Position numbers and translations under genes: made by a program
NCBI GenBank assembly: GCA_049517415.1
Contig: JBEKSC010000030.1
Location: forward strand, 1 to 28,097
Length of the DNA stretch: 28,097 bases
Reading direction: 5' to 3'
Origin: Candidatus Bathyarchaeia archaeon
Lineage (GTDB): Archaea > Thermoproteota > Bathyarchaeia > 40CM-2-53-6
In this document: positions 18,877 through 26,388 of the stretch, piece by piece
How positions within the stretch are numbered: position 1 is the stretch's first letter
Layout: the number at the start of each line of letters is the position of its first letter
Notes under the pieces: model-generated
What the model was told of the DNA's origin: nothing
The model's database searches: none
The model's input: the letters and a program-made list of their open reading frames with translations, nothing else

Positions 18877-19004
18877 GCCGTCGTTTGATCAGAATACTTG
18901 TAGGGAGCCATTTAAGCGATGTCTCTAAGCCCCCTTCAGTTCATGGCTCGAACGGCTAGCTTTCTTGAGCTATAACCCGATGTTATTACGGATTCTTGGA
19001 ACCG

Positions 19005-19730
19005 CTAATCTTTCTTCCGTCGCCGTATCGAAAGAGCGACCAAGGCGACTATGAATAGAACGGCGACGAAGATAATCGACTCGTATAGTGCATCGCTGGA
19101 TACAATGAAAGCAGAAACGTTTTGACTCGAAATCGTCGGTGCGAATGTTGTCGAAGTTGACTCCGTTGATATTAGGTTTGAGGTACTCGTCATAATTGAC
19201 AGCGACGATGTAATCAGTGAACTATTTTGGACAACAGAAGTGGTGCTAATCGTCATTTCATTCAGGGGTACGACGGACAGTAGGAACGATGACCTGTAAC
19301 TTCCTACTACCGAGCCGAACAGGATCATGTAGGCGCTGGCGTAAACTAGGTATTGGCCGCTTGTCGGAGGTGCCGTGAACGTGTTTGTCACATCAATTCT
19401 TGCAGAGTTTACGGTGTTAGAGCTAGTCGAGATAAGATTCTGATGACTGTCGAACAGGTCGATACGGGCGCGTAATGGGACGACGGGGCAGGAATACAGG
19501 GTAATGGTGGTAGTGACAGTAACTGGCTGGTTGGTTGGGACTTGGTTGGGGTAGTTAAATGTGAGGAAGGCAATCTCGCATAGGTTTATGGCTTGAGCGT
19601 GCACGGCGACATTGTTCCCAAGCAAGAGCAATAGACCGAGTAGGAACAGAGCGTACCGTGAAGTTGCCAAGTTGAGCACTTTCGACCATCTAGTCCCTAG
19701 TTTCCGATAAACCGTTCTCCCCGTACGCAA
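19005..19730 (-). CDS. Secreted, C-terminally anchored protein with S/T-rich stalk
   Basis: Signal-like segment ending 'AVHAQ', a beta-rich domain, S/T-rich linker, TM helix and 'RRRKKD'. True start uncertain. Confidence 0.72.
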   Translation of the reverse strand: MRTGRTVYRKLGTRWSKVLNLATSRYALFLLGLLLLLGNNVAVHAQAINLCEIAFLTFNYPNQVPTNQPVTVTTTITLYSCPVVPLRARIDLFDSHQNLISTSSNTVNSARIDVTNTFTAPPTSGQYLVYASAYMILFGSVVGSYRSSFLLSVVPLNEMTISTTSVVQNSSLITSSLSIMTSTSNLISTESTSTTFAPTISSQNVSAFIVSSDALYESIIFVAVLFIVALVALSIRRRKKD

Positions 19731-19750
19731 TTTTATCTTTCCGTAGCACA

Positions 19751-20953
19751 GTGGGGTGGTGGACTTTGGAAAAAGGAAAGTCGGCTAAGGAACTCGGGCT
19801 TCGCAACGTCATCAGGCTTGGTTACGTAAGTCTCTTCACCGACATCTCTACCGAAATGATACTTGGCGTTTTGCCGGTTAACTTCATCATCAACGAACTT
19901 CGCGCAACCGCTGCAATACTTGGTCTAATAGAGGGATCCGCTGAAGCTGCCAATGACATATTCCGAATATTCGCCGGCGTCCTCACGGACAAGATTGCTA
20001 AGCGAAAGCCAATCGTTGTGATCGGCTATGGGTTATCCACCCTTGCCAAACCGCTCTTCGCGGTGGCCAACTCGTGGGGTCAAGCGTTTGCTGTGCGAGT
20101 TGTTGACAGAGCTGGGAAAGGGACGAGAACAACCCCTAGGGACGCGCTCATCAGCGACTCGATTCCTAAATCGCAGGCTGGGAAAGGCTTCGGGCTGCAG
20201 AGTTCGATGGACCAGGTGGGAGCAGTCTTGGGTCCCATCTTAGCATTCGTGCTGCTTCCTGTAATCGGCCTTCGAAACTTGTTCTGGATTTCTTTCATCC
20301 CTGGGTCTATTTCTCTAATCATCCTTGTGCTCTTCGTGGCCGATGCTCGAGGACGGACGAAACGAAGGACCGTGTTCGAGAACGCTAAGGCCGTACTGAC
20401 GAGAGATTTCGTGCTTTTGCTTGTGGTCTTGGAAATCTTCGCCGTAGGTGCCTACAATTTCTCGTTCATTCTGTTAGAGGCCCAGTCCCTCGGTATACAG
20501 GCGAATTTTATTCCCCTAGTTTACGCTTTGCTGAATTTTGCCACAGTCCTAATCGCCTTTCCGGCCGGTATCATCGCAGATAGGATTGGAAAACTTCCAG
20601 TCCTCCTCCTAAGCTTTCTAGTCTTCATGGGCACGTCGCTTGCTGGGGCCGTTCTTGTTGGATATTGGGCCTATGGACTCCTGATCGCCATTTTCTACGG
20701 TGGTTACTTTTCCATTTCGGATACTGTGCAGAGGGCGATGGTCCCAGACTTTACGCGGCCGGAACTGAAGGGCACCGCCTACGCCTTCTACTACACAATA
20801 ATTGCCATAGGATCCCTCGTTGCGAACTCAATATTCGGCGCCCTATGGACAAGCCAAGGCGCGGGGGTGGCGTTCCGGTTCAGCATCGCAACCTCCGCGA
20901 TCGCAGTAGTAGCCTTAATCCTCTTTACCATTCTCCACCAACGTTCGCCATGA
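19751..20953 (+). CDS. MFS transporter
   Basis: 'SLFTDISTEMI', 'DRAGKGTRTTPRDALI', 'ADRIGK', about 12 TM. The start may be the TTG at 19766. Confidence 0.92.
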   Translation: MGWWTLEKGKSAKELGLRNVIRLGYVSLFTDISTEMILGVLPVNFIINELRATAAILGLIEGSAEAANDIFRIFAGVLTDKIAKRKPIVVIGYGLSTLAKPLFAVANSWGQAFAVRVVDRAGKGTRTTPRDALISDSIPKSQAGKGFGLQSSMDQVGAVLGPILAFVLLPVIGLRNLFWISFIPGSISLIILVLFVADARGRTKRRTVFENAKAVLTRDFVLLLVVLEIFAVGAYNFSFILLEAQSLGIQANFIPLVYALLNFATVLIAFPAGIIADRIGKLPVLLLSFLVFMGTSLAGAVLVGYWAYGLLIAIFYGGYFSISDTVQRAMVPDFTRPELKGTAYAFYYTIIAIGSLVANSIFGALWTSQGAGVAFRFSIATSAIAVVALILFTILHQRSP

Positions 20954-20999
20954 GTAACATGTTGACCCCAGAAAACTACACCACACTTTGAAACGACGC

Positions 21000-21252
21000 G
21001 AAGTAGGAATCGGACTCGGCCCGAAGAAACCTAGGCTTGTCACCGGAGTAGGTCTCCCGTGCTTGGATTAACACGTTCGGTTGCGTTGACCGCTGCCCCA
21101 TTGGGGCGAAGGAAAAGTCTGAGGATTGGCCTATTCCGGGAGGTGCTGGAAAGAGTCCCCCCGTGCTGCGTGCGATTCGCGATGAACTACAACGTCGAAT
21201 TCTCAACCTGATTGAGGAAATTCAGCGACATACACCAAACTCAGCTGCGTGA
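21000..21252 (+). pseudogene. Degraded C-terminal remnant of an ArsC/LMW-PTP arsenate reductase
   Basis: Manual translation gives 'EVGIGLGPKKPRLVT', then after a frame change 'TFGCVDRCPIGAKEKSEDWPIPGGAGKSPPVLRAIRDELQRRILNL'. No N-terminal CX5R loop seen. Confidence 0.7.
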
Positions 21253-21298
21253 CGCCCAAACAATATATTGAACACGGATACGGTAACGGTGTAAACCA

Positions 21299-21550
21299 AT
21301 GCCCCGAAAAATACCAACCTCATACCTACGCAAGTTGAACGAGGAGCAGAAGAAAGCTAAGGAAATTGCGGCCAAACAGGCAACCAAGAGACCGCAGCCA
21401 GTGGACCCAGATTCGGGGAAGTTGAAGGGGTTTACGATGATTTGCCAAACGTGCGGAAGCCGGGCCCGTTTTACAGTGGATAAGTTTGGGTATGCGACCT
21501 GCGGCAACTGCAGAGCTATAGCAAGCTACAGACTCGGCCACTTAGCCTAA
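21299..21550 (+). CDS. Small basic zinc-ribbon protein (83 aa)
   Basis: Lys-rich N-terminal helix, then 'CQTC...CGNC'. Confidence 0.65.
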   Translation: MPRKIPTSYLRKLNEEQKKAKEIAAKQATKRPQPVDPDSGKLKGFTMICQTCGSRARFTVDKFGYATCGNCRAIASYRLGHLA

Positions 21551-21582
21551 CGTGACCCACAAGAAGACGAGTACTTGGTTGA

Positions 21583-21993
21583 TTAACCGCCCGCAGATAG
21601 CGGTATGAATTGAACGCGATCTCCGTCCTTTAATGAGGCACTAGGCTTCGCTGGGACACCGTTCAACAGAATCAACATCATCTGCATCATTTGTCTCATA
21701 GACGGGTGCCTCACTAGGACTGTGTCCATTAGGTCTTGGAGCGTGGCTGGGCCTTGAAGAACAAAGTACTCATCATTTGCGCTCGTATACTGAGCGATCA
21801 TCGAATAGTACACTGTTACAGTGACAAGTGAGGCTCTGCTCTCAGTTGAGCCGTTTGTCGAAACGGAAGAACTCCCAAGGTTACCCGCGATTTGCGCGAG
21901 AGGAGCTTTTGTGAAGCCGTCCGATATGAGAAGAACTCCTGCGCCAACCGCGATTGAAAATGCGGAGCGTAGAAAAGTGCGCCTTGATTTCAT
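21583..21993 (-). CDS. MoaD/ThiS/SAMP ubiquitin-like protein with N-terminal Tat-like signal
   Basis: 'SRRTFL' + hydrophobic stretch. C-terminal 'ILLNG...LKDGDRVQFIPLSAGG'. Confidence 0.85.
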   Translation of the reverse strand: MKSRRTFLRSAFSIAVGAGVLLISDGFTKAPLAQIAGNLGSSSVSTNGSTESRASLVTVTVYYSMIAQYTSANDEYFVLQGPATLQDLMDTVLVRHPSMRQMMQMMLILLNGVPAKPSASLKDGDRVQFIPLSAGG

Positions 21994-22007
21994 GGCGAGT
22001 CTCTCTA

Positions 22008-23603
22008 TCAGTCAGTAGGCTTTTTGCCGGAGCGTGTGAATAGTAGCATTATGGCCACGAGGACAACGATTCCTAGGGCGCCCAAGCCTACTAGGGTTTG
22101 GCCTGTGAGCGTTATTGTGAAGTTTGTCAGGTCATTGTAACTTGGACTTTGTGAGCCATTCGTTCCTGTGGTTGGTGTCACCGTGATGTGGCCGATCATA
22201 TATGGGTGGACGATGCAGTAGTACTCGTACGTGCCTGGGGTTGTGAATGTGTAGCTCCAGCTTTCACCTCCCCCGATTAATGCAACTTTGCCTGTAACGG
22301 CTTCGCCTGACGAGTCAAAGGCTCGGAGGTTCGCCTGTTTAGGTGAGTTTGGATCCCCTTCAGTAACTGTGTGGCCGACTGAATCTTGGTTTATCCAAGT
22401 TACCGTAGTTCCAATTGGAACCGTCAAGTCAGCTGGGACATAAGCATAGTTCAGAATCAGTACGGTATTGTTCGAAGCACCTGTGCTTGAAGTATTGGAT
22501 AAGCTTTCGGTTGCGGTCATGCTCGTCGTAATGTTCCCAGTTATCGTAGCACTCTTAATGGAAGAGATAATGGCGGGGTTTGGAGTGCCGACCACATTTA
22601 TGATGCCTAGGGCGCCGCGGTGAATTCTGAAAAGCGAATGGTCGACTATGGTTAACTTGGCTGGCACTACGGCAGTGAATTCAACCATCACAGATCCGCC
22701 TGCCGGTACAAGCGTTGTTTGAATGTTAAGCAGGGGCGGTGAGGCAATGGATCCCTCAACGTAGACTTTGTCAAGCATCCCACCTATGATGTGCAATGAC
22801 GAATCGAGGTTAGGTCCCGCGTTTAGGAAGAAGATGCGGACGGTTTCGCCAACTTTCACCTGCAGGGACCTGTTTCCTGTTATGGAGTTTACGCTGCCGT
22901 TGAATACAACGTAGTCAGGTGTCTCGCTGTCGGCTTTTTGAAAACTGAATGCTTGGAATCCTTTCTGCCCGAACGGTCCCTGTGTATAGAATTCCCCCTG
23001 CGCAATGTAGAACTCCCTTTCGACTTTCGGTAACCCGCCGAACGGTTCAACAAGAATCAGCCCATACATTCCATTGGCGATATGCGTTGGTATGTCGGGG
23101 GTTGCGCAATGGTACATGAACAACCCGACTCTCAAGGCTTTGAATTGGAAGATTGTTTCCTGCCCTGGAGGAGTTTGCGAGTACGCACCACCGCCACCTG
23201 TTCCCAGTATGGCGTGGGAATCAATCGAATGGATCATTGTGCTGTTCGGGGGGTTGATGATATGCATCTCAACTGTTTGGTTTAACCGTAACCTTATGAA
23301 AGGGCCAGGCACTGTTCCATTAAACGTCCAATAATCGTAGGTGACTCCGTCAGCCAGTTGCCCAAGTTTCTCCTCCGTTATCAATCTGACGACTACCCGG
23401 TCGGCCGAGGAAGGAGCGGATGGAATGTCGGTTGGAGATTTGCTTCTGTTCGGAGCATAAGCTGGCTGAGTTCCATCAGCGGACACAGTCAAAACAGCCT
23501 GCGTAACTGAGAGAACAGAAAATACAAGCAACAACAGAACGAGAGTGACCTTGGCAACTCTGCCGGGCAAAAGTCTTGTCCTCTCAACTTTACATGTGCA
23601 CAT
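22008..23603 (-). CDS. nirK: Copper nitrite reductase with fused C-terminal cupredoxin and TM anchor
   Basis: 'WTFNGTVPGP', 'HSIDSH', 'YHCA..IPTHIANGMYG', 'SSLHIIG', 'VDHS'. Extra type-1 Cu site 'HTVT...YYCIVHPYM'. C-terminal TM helix. Confidence 0.92.
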   Translation of the reverse strand: MCTCKVERTRLLPGRVAKVTLVLLLLVFSVLSVTQAVLTVSADGTQPAYAPNRSKSPTDIPSAPSSADRVVVRLITEEKLGQLADGVTYDYWTFNGTVPGPFIRLRLNQTVEMHIINPPNSTMIHSIDSHAILGTGGGGAYSQTPPGQETIFQFKALRVGLFMYHCATPDIPTHIANGMYGLILVEPFGGLPKVEREFYIAQGEFYTQGPFGQKGFQAFSFQKADSETPDYVVFNGSVNSITGNRSLQVKVGETVRIFFLNAGPNLDSSLHIIGGMLDKVYVEGSIASPPLLNIQTTLVPAGGSVMVEFTAVVPAKLTIVDHSLFRIHRGALGIINVVGTPNPAIISSIKSATITGNITTSMTATESLSNTSSTGASNNTVLILNYAYVPADLTVPIGTTVTWINQDSVGHTVTEGDPNSPKQANLRAFDSSGEAVTGKVALIGGGESWSYTFTTPGTYEYYCIVHPYMIGHITVTPTTGTNGSQSPSYNDLTNFTITLTGQTLVGLGALGIVVLVAIMLLFTRSGKKPTD

Positions 23604-23650
23604 ATGACTCCCGAGCAACGAACTAGGGGAAGCTTCGGGATAGTGATATT

Positions 23651-23666
23651 CCCTAACTTGTTAGGG
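23651..23666. promoter_or_regulatory. Palindromic operator candidate upstream of nirK
   Basis: CCCTAAC-TT-GTTAGGG, perfect 7-bp arms, about 50 nt upstream of the probable nirK start. Confidence 0.6.
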
Positions 23667-23684
23667 CATTATCGAACTTGGAAA

Positions 23685-24353
23685 TCATTCAATGTGAGAG
23701 GAGACTCTTTTGCCCAAGACCGACGGATGTCCCCTAAAGTGCTCCTGTATCACCCGCTTTTGTCCGCGCCTTAGTATCTCTGTCAAGGTTGCTGGCGAAA
23801 CGTCGAGGGTCTTCGCGAGCTGGCGTAGGGTTATCTTCTTCGGGAACTCGAAGTAACCTTTCTCAAGTGCGATTTGAAGAATATTCTCTTGTCTCGCGGT
23901 CAAGTCCTCCTCATCTCTTAGCTTTGAGATCCTAACGACTTCCCCCGCCACGTTCTCTCTTTCCAATTCCCGCATCAGTGATTTAACCATCGTATCACTG
24001 CCGAGAAGCGTCCACTCAAGTTTGCCGTCGGCTTTACTGTTCGCCGAGATAAGGAAGCAGTTTGCTTCGGCAAAGGTTCGGCAGGCAGTGCACTTATGAG
24101 TCTTAAGCGATCCAATAATCCTTCCGCGCTCAGCCCTGACGATGTCAATATCATACACGTAACTATCCTGCCGTAGGTAATCCACAATCTTCTCCGACAA
24201 GTCCGAGCTACTGGTTATCTCGAAGAGTTCCTGAACGCCCTTTCCTGCAGGCAGACTTCTGCAGTCTAGTACACGTACCAGTGCTGGGAAGGTTGCAGCC
24301 ACACGTTTTATCCAACTGTGCGGCGGAGTAATGCTGACGATCGCCTCAAGCAT
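23685..24353 (-). CDS. Bat/HTH-10 family transcriptional regulator with Cys-containing N-terminal domain
   Basis: 'LTARQENILQIALEKGYFEFPKKITLRQLA..LDVSPATLTEILRRG'. 'CTAC' plus further Cys. ATG at 24353. Confidence 0.9.
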   Translation of the reverse strand: MLEAIVSITPPHSWIKRVAATFPALVRVLDCRSLPAGKGVQELFEITSSSDLSEKIVDYLRQDSYVYDIDIVRAERGRIIGSLKTHKCTACRTFAEANCFLISANSKADGKLEWTLLGSDTMVKSLMRELERENVAGEVVRISKLRDEEDLTARQENILQIALEKGYFEFPKKITLRQLAKTLDVSPATLTEILRRGQKRVIQEHFRGHPSVLGKRVSSHIE

Positions 24354-24404
24354 CCAAGGTCTTGACCCCAAACCGGCCACATGCCTATAGGGGTTCTTGA
24401 CGCC

Positions 24405-24420
24405 CCCGAACCCGTTAGGG
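24405..24420. promoter_or_regulatory. Second copy of the operator candidate in the divergent regulator/hemerythrin promoter
   Basis: CCCGAAC-CC-GTTAGGG, one arm mismatch relative to the nirK site. Confidence 0.55.
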
Positions 24421-24479
24421 GTAAGCCCTATGCGCGATGGGTCATCTCTAACCTTTGAAAACGGTGGCCTTCAACATAA

Positions 24480-24989
24480 TTGGAGAATCCTAAGGAACCT
24501 CCGAGCCGCAGAACTTCAGAGATCGAGCAAAGGTCGCCACGGAGAAGCGTCGAAGGCAACGCTGGAAAAAGCTCGAGGCTTACATTCGAGCTTGCTGAGG
24601 ATCACAAGGAGATTCTTCGACAATTAGATCTGTTGAAGGTCACGCGCAAACTGGTTAGAAGCAATTCCAAGCCCACCATCATCTGCATCCACCTACAGCA
24701 ACTGTTCGCACAACATTGCGCAAGGGAGCAACGTTTCCTATACCCTCTCCTCAGCCGCTACTTGGATTCGAATGTATGCAAATTGTTAACCCAAGAGCAT
24801 GAAGCGCTCAGTAACGCAATGCGAAAAGCCGTCGAACAAATTCGTGGCAATGGCAAAGATACGTATTGGGAATCGATGTCACAACTTGATCAAATGCTGC
24901 GCTCGCATTTCTCAAAGGAAGAAAACGTCCTCTTCTGGTATTTGGACGTGCAACTGAACCCCCGAAGTTCTTTCGAACTTCCTTCTTGA
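24480..24989 (+). CDS. Hemerythrin / HHE cation-binding domain protein
   Basis: 'EDH', 'HCAREQRFLYP', 'QEH', 'HFSKEENVLF'. Confidence 0.85.
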   Translation: MENPKEPPSRRTSEIEQRSPRRSVEGNAGKSSRLTFELAEDHKEILRQLDLLKVTRKLVRSNSKPTIICIHLQQLFAQHCAREQRFLYPLLSRYLDSNVCKLLTQEHEALSNAMRKAVEQIRGNGKDTYWESMSQLDQMLRSHFSKEENVLFWYLDVQLNPRSSFELPS

Positions 24990-25102
24990 TCGAACTGACA
25001 AAGCCTTAGCCTGGCTCCGTTTTCCCGACATCGAGCTCCTTTTCGCATATTCAGCTCCAATGGTTCGAACCACGGAATTCGAACGTCTAACTCTGCATGC
25101 AG

Positions 25103-25777
25103 TCAGGAAGGAGGAACCAGTTCTAGGGCGGCCAATTCTGAAGTCCTCCTCAGGCGCATATCAAAGACTGCTTCGAAACTCTTGTGCACTTCATTCTTGA
25201 CGAGGCCGAAGTCCATCTCCCTACCAAGTAGAGCTTTCATTGAGATCATCGTTGAGCCTGGGAATCCACATGGGGTTATCATCTGGAAGTAATTCAGGTC
25301 GGTGTTTACATTGAGTGCAAACCCATGAAAGGTAACCCAGTTTCGAACTGCCGCTCCGATTGAAGCTACCTTTTTTCTACCAACCCAAACGCCCGTCTGC
25401 TCTCCGCGCTCTCCCGTAATTCCGAACTTAGCGAGAGCCCGGATTATCGTCTCCTCGATGTTCCGGAGGAACGTATGGATGTCCCGCTGGCGTGCATTTA
25501 GGTCTAGGATGGGGTACCCGACCAACTGGCCCGGGCCATGGTAAGTCCATTGGCCGCCTCGCTCTATCCTGAAGACGGGGACACCCTCCACGGTTGCTGG
25601 GACTTCTCCTGCGATCCCCTTCCCCACTGTGAAAACGTGCGGGTGCTCCACGAACACCAACGTGTCCGGTATGGCCTGCTTAACTCGAAGCTCGAGCAGC
25701 TTGCGCTGTAGGTTCCAGACTTCCGCGTAATCCCGCGAGCCTAGGTCTAGGAGATACCCTTCGATTATTGTAGGCAT
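25103..25777 (-). CDS. lipB: Lipoyl(octanoyl) transferase
   Basis: 'EHPHVFTVG', 'RGGQWTYHGPGQLVGYPI', 'KVASIG', 'HGFALN', 'ITPCG'. Confidence 0.95.
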   Translation of the reverse strand: MPTIIEGYLLDLGSRDYAEVWNLQRKLLELRVKQAIPDTLVFVEHPHVFTVGKGIAGEVPATVEGVPVFRIERGGQWTYHGPGQLVGYPILDLNARQRDIHTFLRNIEETIIRALAKFGITGERGEQTGVWVGRKKVASIGAAVRNWVTFHGFALNVNTDLNYFQMITPCGFPGSTMISMKALLGREMDFGLVKNEVHKSFEAVFDMRLRRTSELAALELVPPS

Positions 25778-25822
25778 CGAGGCATCTCACGATGCGCTAG
25801 AAAGCACGTAGCGTCGAATCAA

Positions 25823-26371
25823 TTAGAGGTACCCTGCCCTTTCCAGTACGTCTCGATGCCCCCGCGCAAGCTTCATCTTACGGACCTTCGCGGTTGGAAG
25901 GAAGCGCATCTCGGACCACCACGGCCTAATCTTGGGTAACTGCCCGATTCGCATCTCGTAAACGAAGCAAATGTCCCAGTGCCGCAATTTTCTCCCGGAC
26001 CGCTTGTACCCGGGTTTCCTAGGTGTCTGCGGCCTAACATGAGATTGCACCATGACGAAGCGAGGGGTCCCCGTAAGGCCGGCCCACTGGTGGGCGATTC
26101 GGCGGGCGGCGTTATCGGGCGGCTCTTCCATCAGAAGATGAGTCGCAGGAAGCAACCATGCACCCTCTTTCTCAATCTCACCCGCATTGCGTTTCGGGAA
26201 ACCGCCTTTCTCAGGCCAAGCGTCATGTGCCTTCGGGCGGCCGAAGAGTATTGAATCACCTTTTCGGGCAACGATGAAAGCGGATAGGCATAAACCAGCT
26301 TCGGGGGTATGAGTCATCCAAGACGCAGTTCGAGGGCCTATTCGCGCCCACCGCACATTTACAGGTCGCAT
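25823..26371 (-). CDS. Basic protein with degenerate Nudix fold
   Basis: 'WLLPATHLLMEEPPDNAARRIAHQWAGL' aligns with the Nudix box. 'HWDICFVY' downstream. Confidence 0.65.
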   Translation of the reverse strand: MRPVNVRWARIGPRTASWMTHTPEAGLCLSAFIVARKGDSILFGRPKAHDAWPEKGGFPKRNAGEIEKEGAWLLPATHLLMEEPPDNAARRIAHQWAGLTGTPRFVMVQSHVRPQTPRKPGYKRSGRKLRHWDICFVYEMRIGQLPKIRPWWSEMRFLPTAKVRKMKLARGHRDVLERAGYL

Positions 26372-26388
26372 AAGAATTCCTTCAGTTA

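Noticed and set aside
17878..21993. moaA and the MoaD-like gene as a standard Moco biosynthesis operon
   Set aside because: They are separated by several unrelated genes, moaC/moaE/moeB are absent, and the MoaD-like gene is tied to nirK and carries an export signal.
25061..25072. Palindrome TGGTTCGAACCA resembling a tRNA T-loop
   Set aside because: No cloverleaf can be built around it. It is likely chance or a small hairpin between convergent genes.
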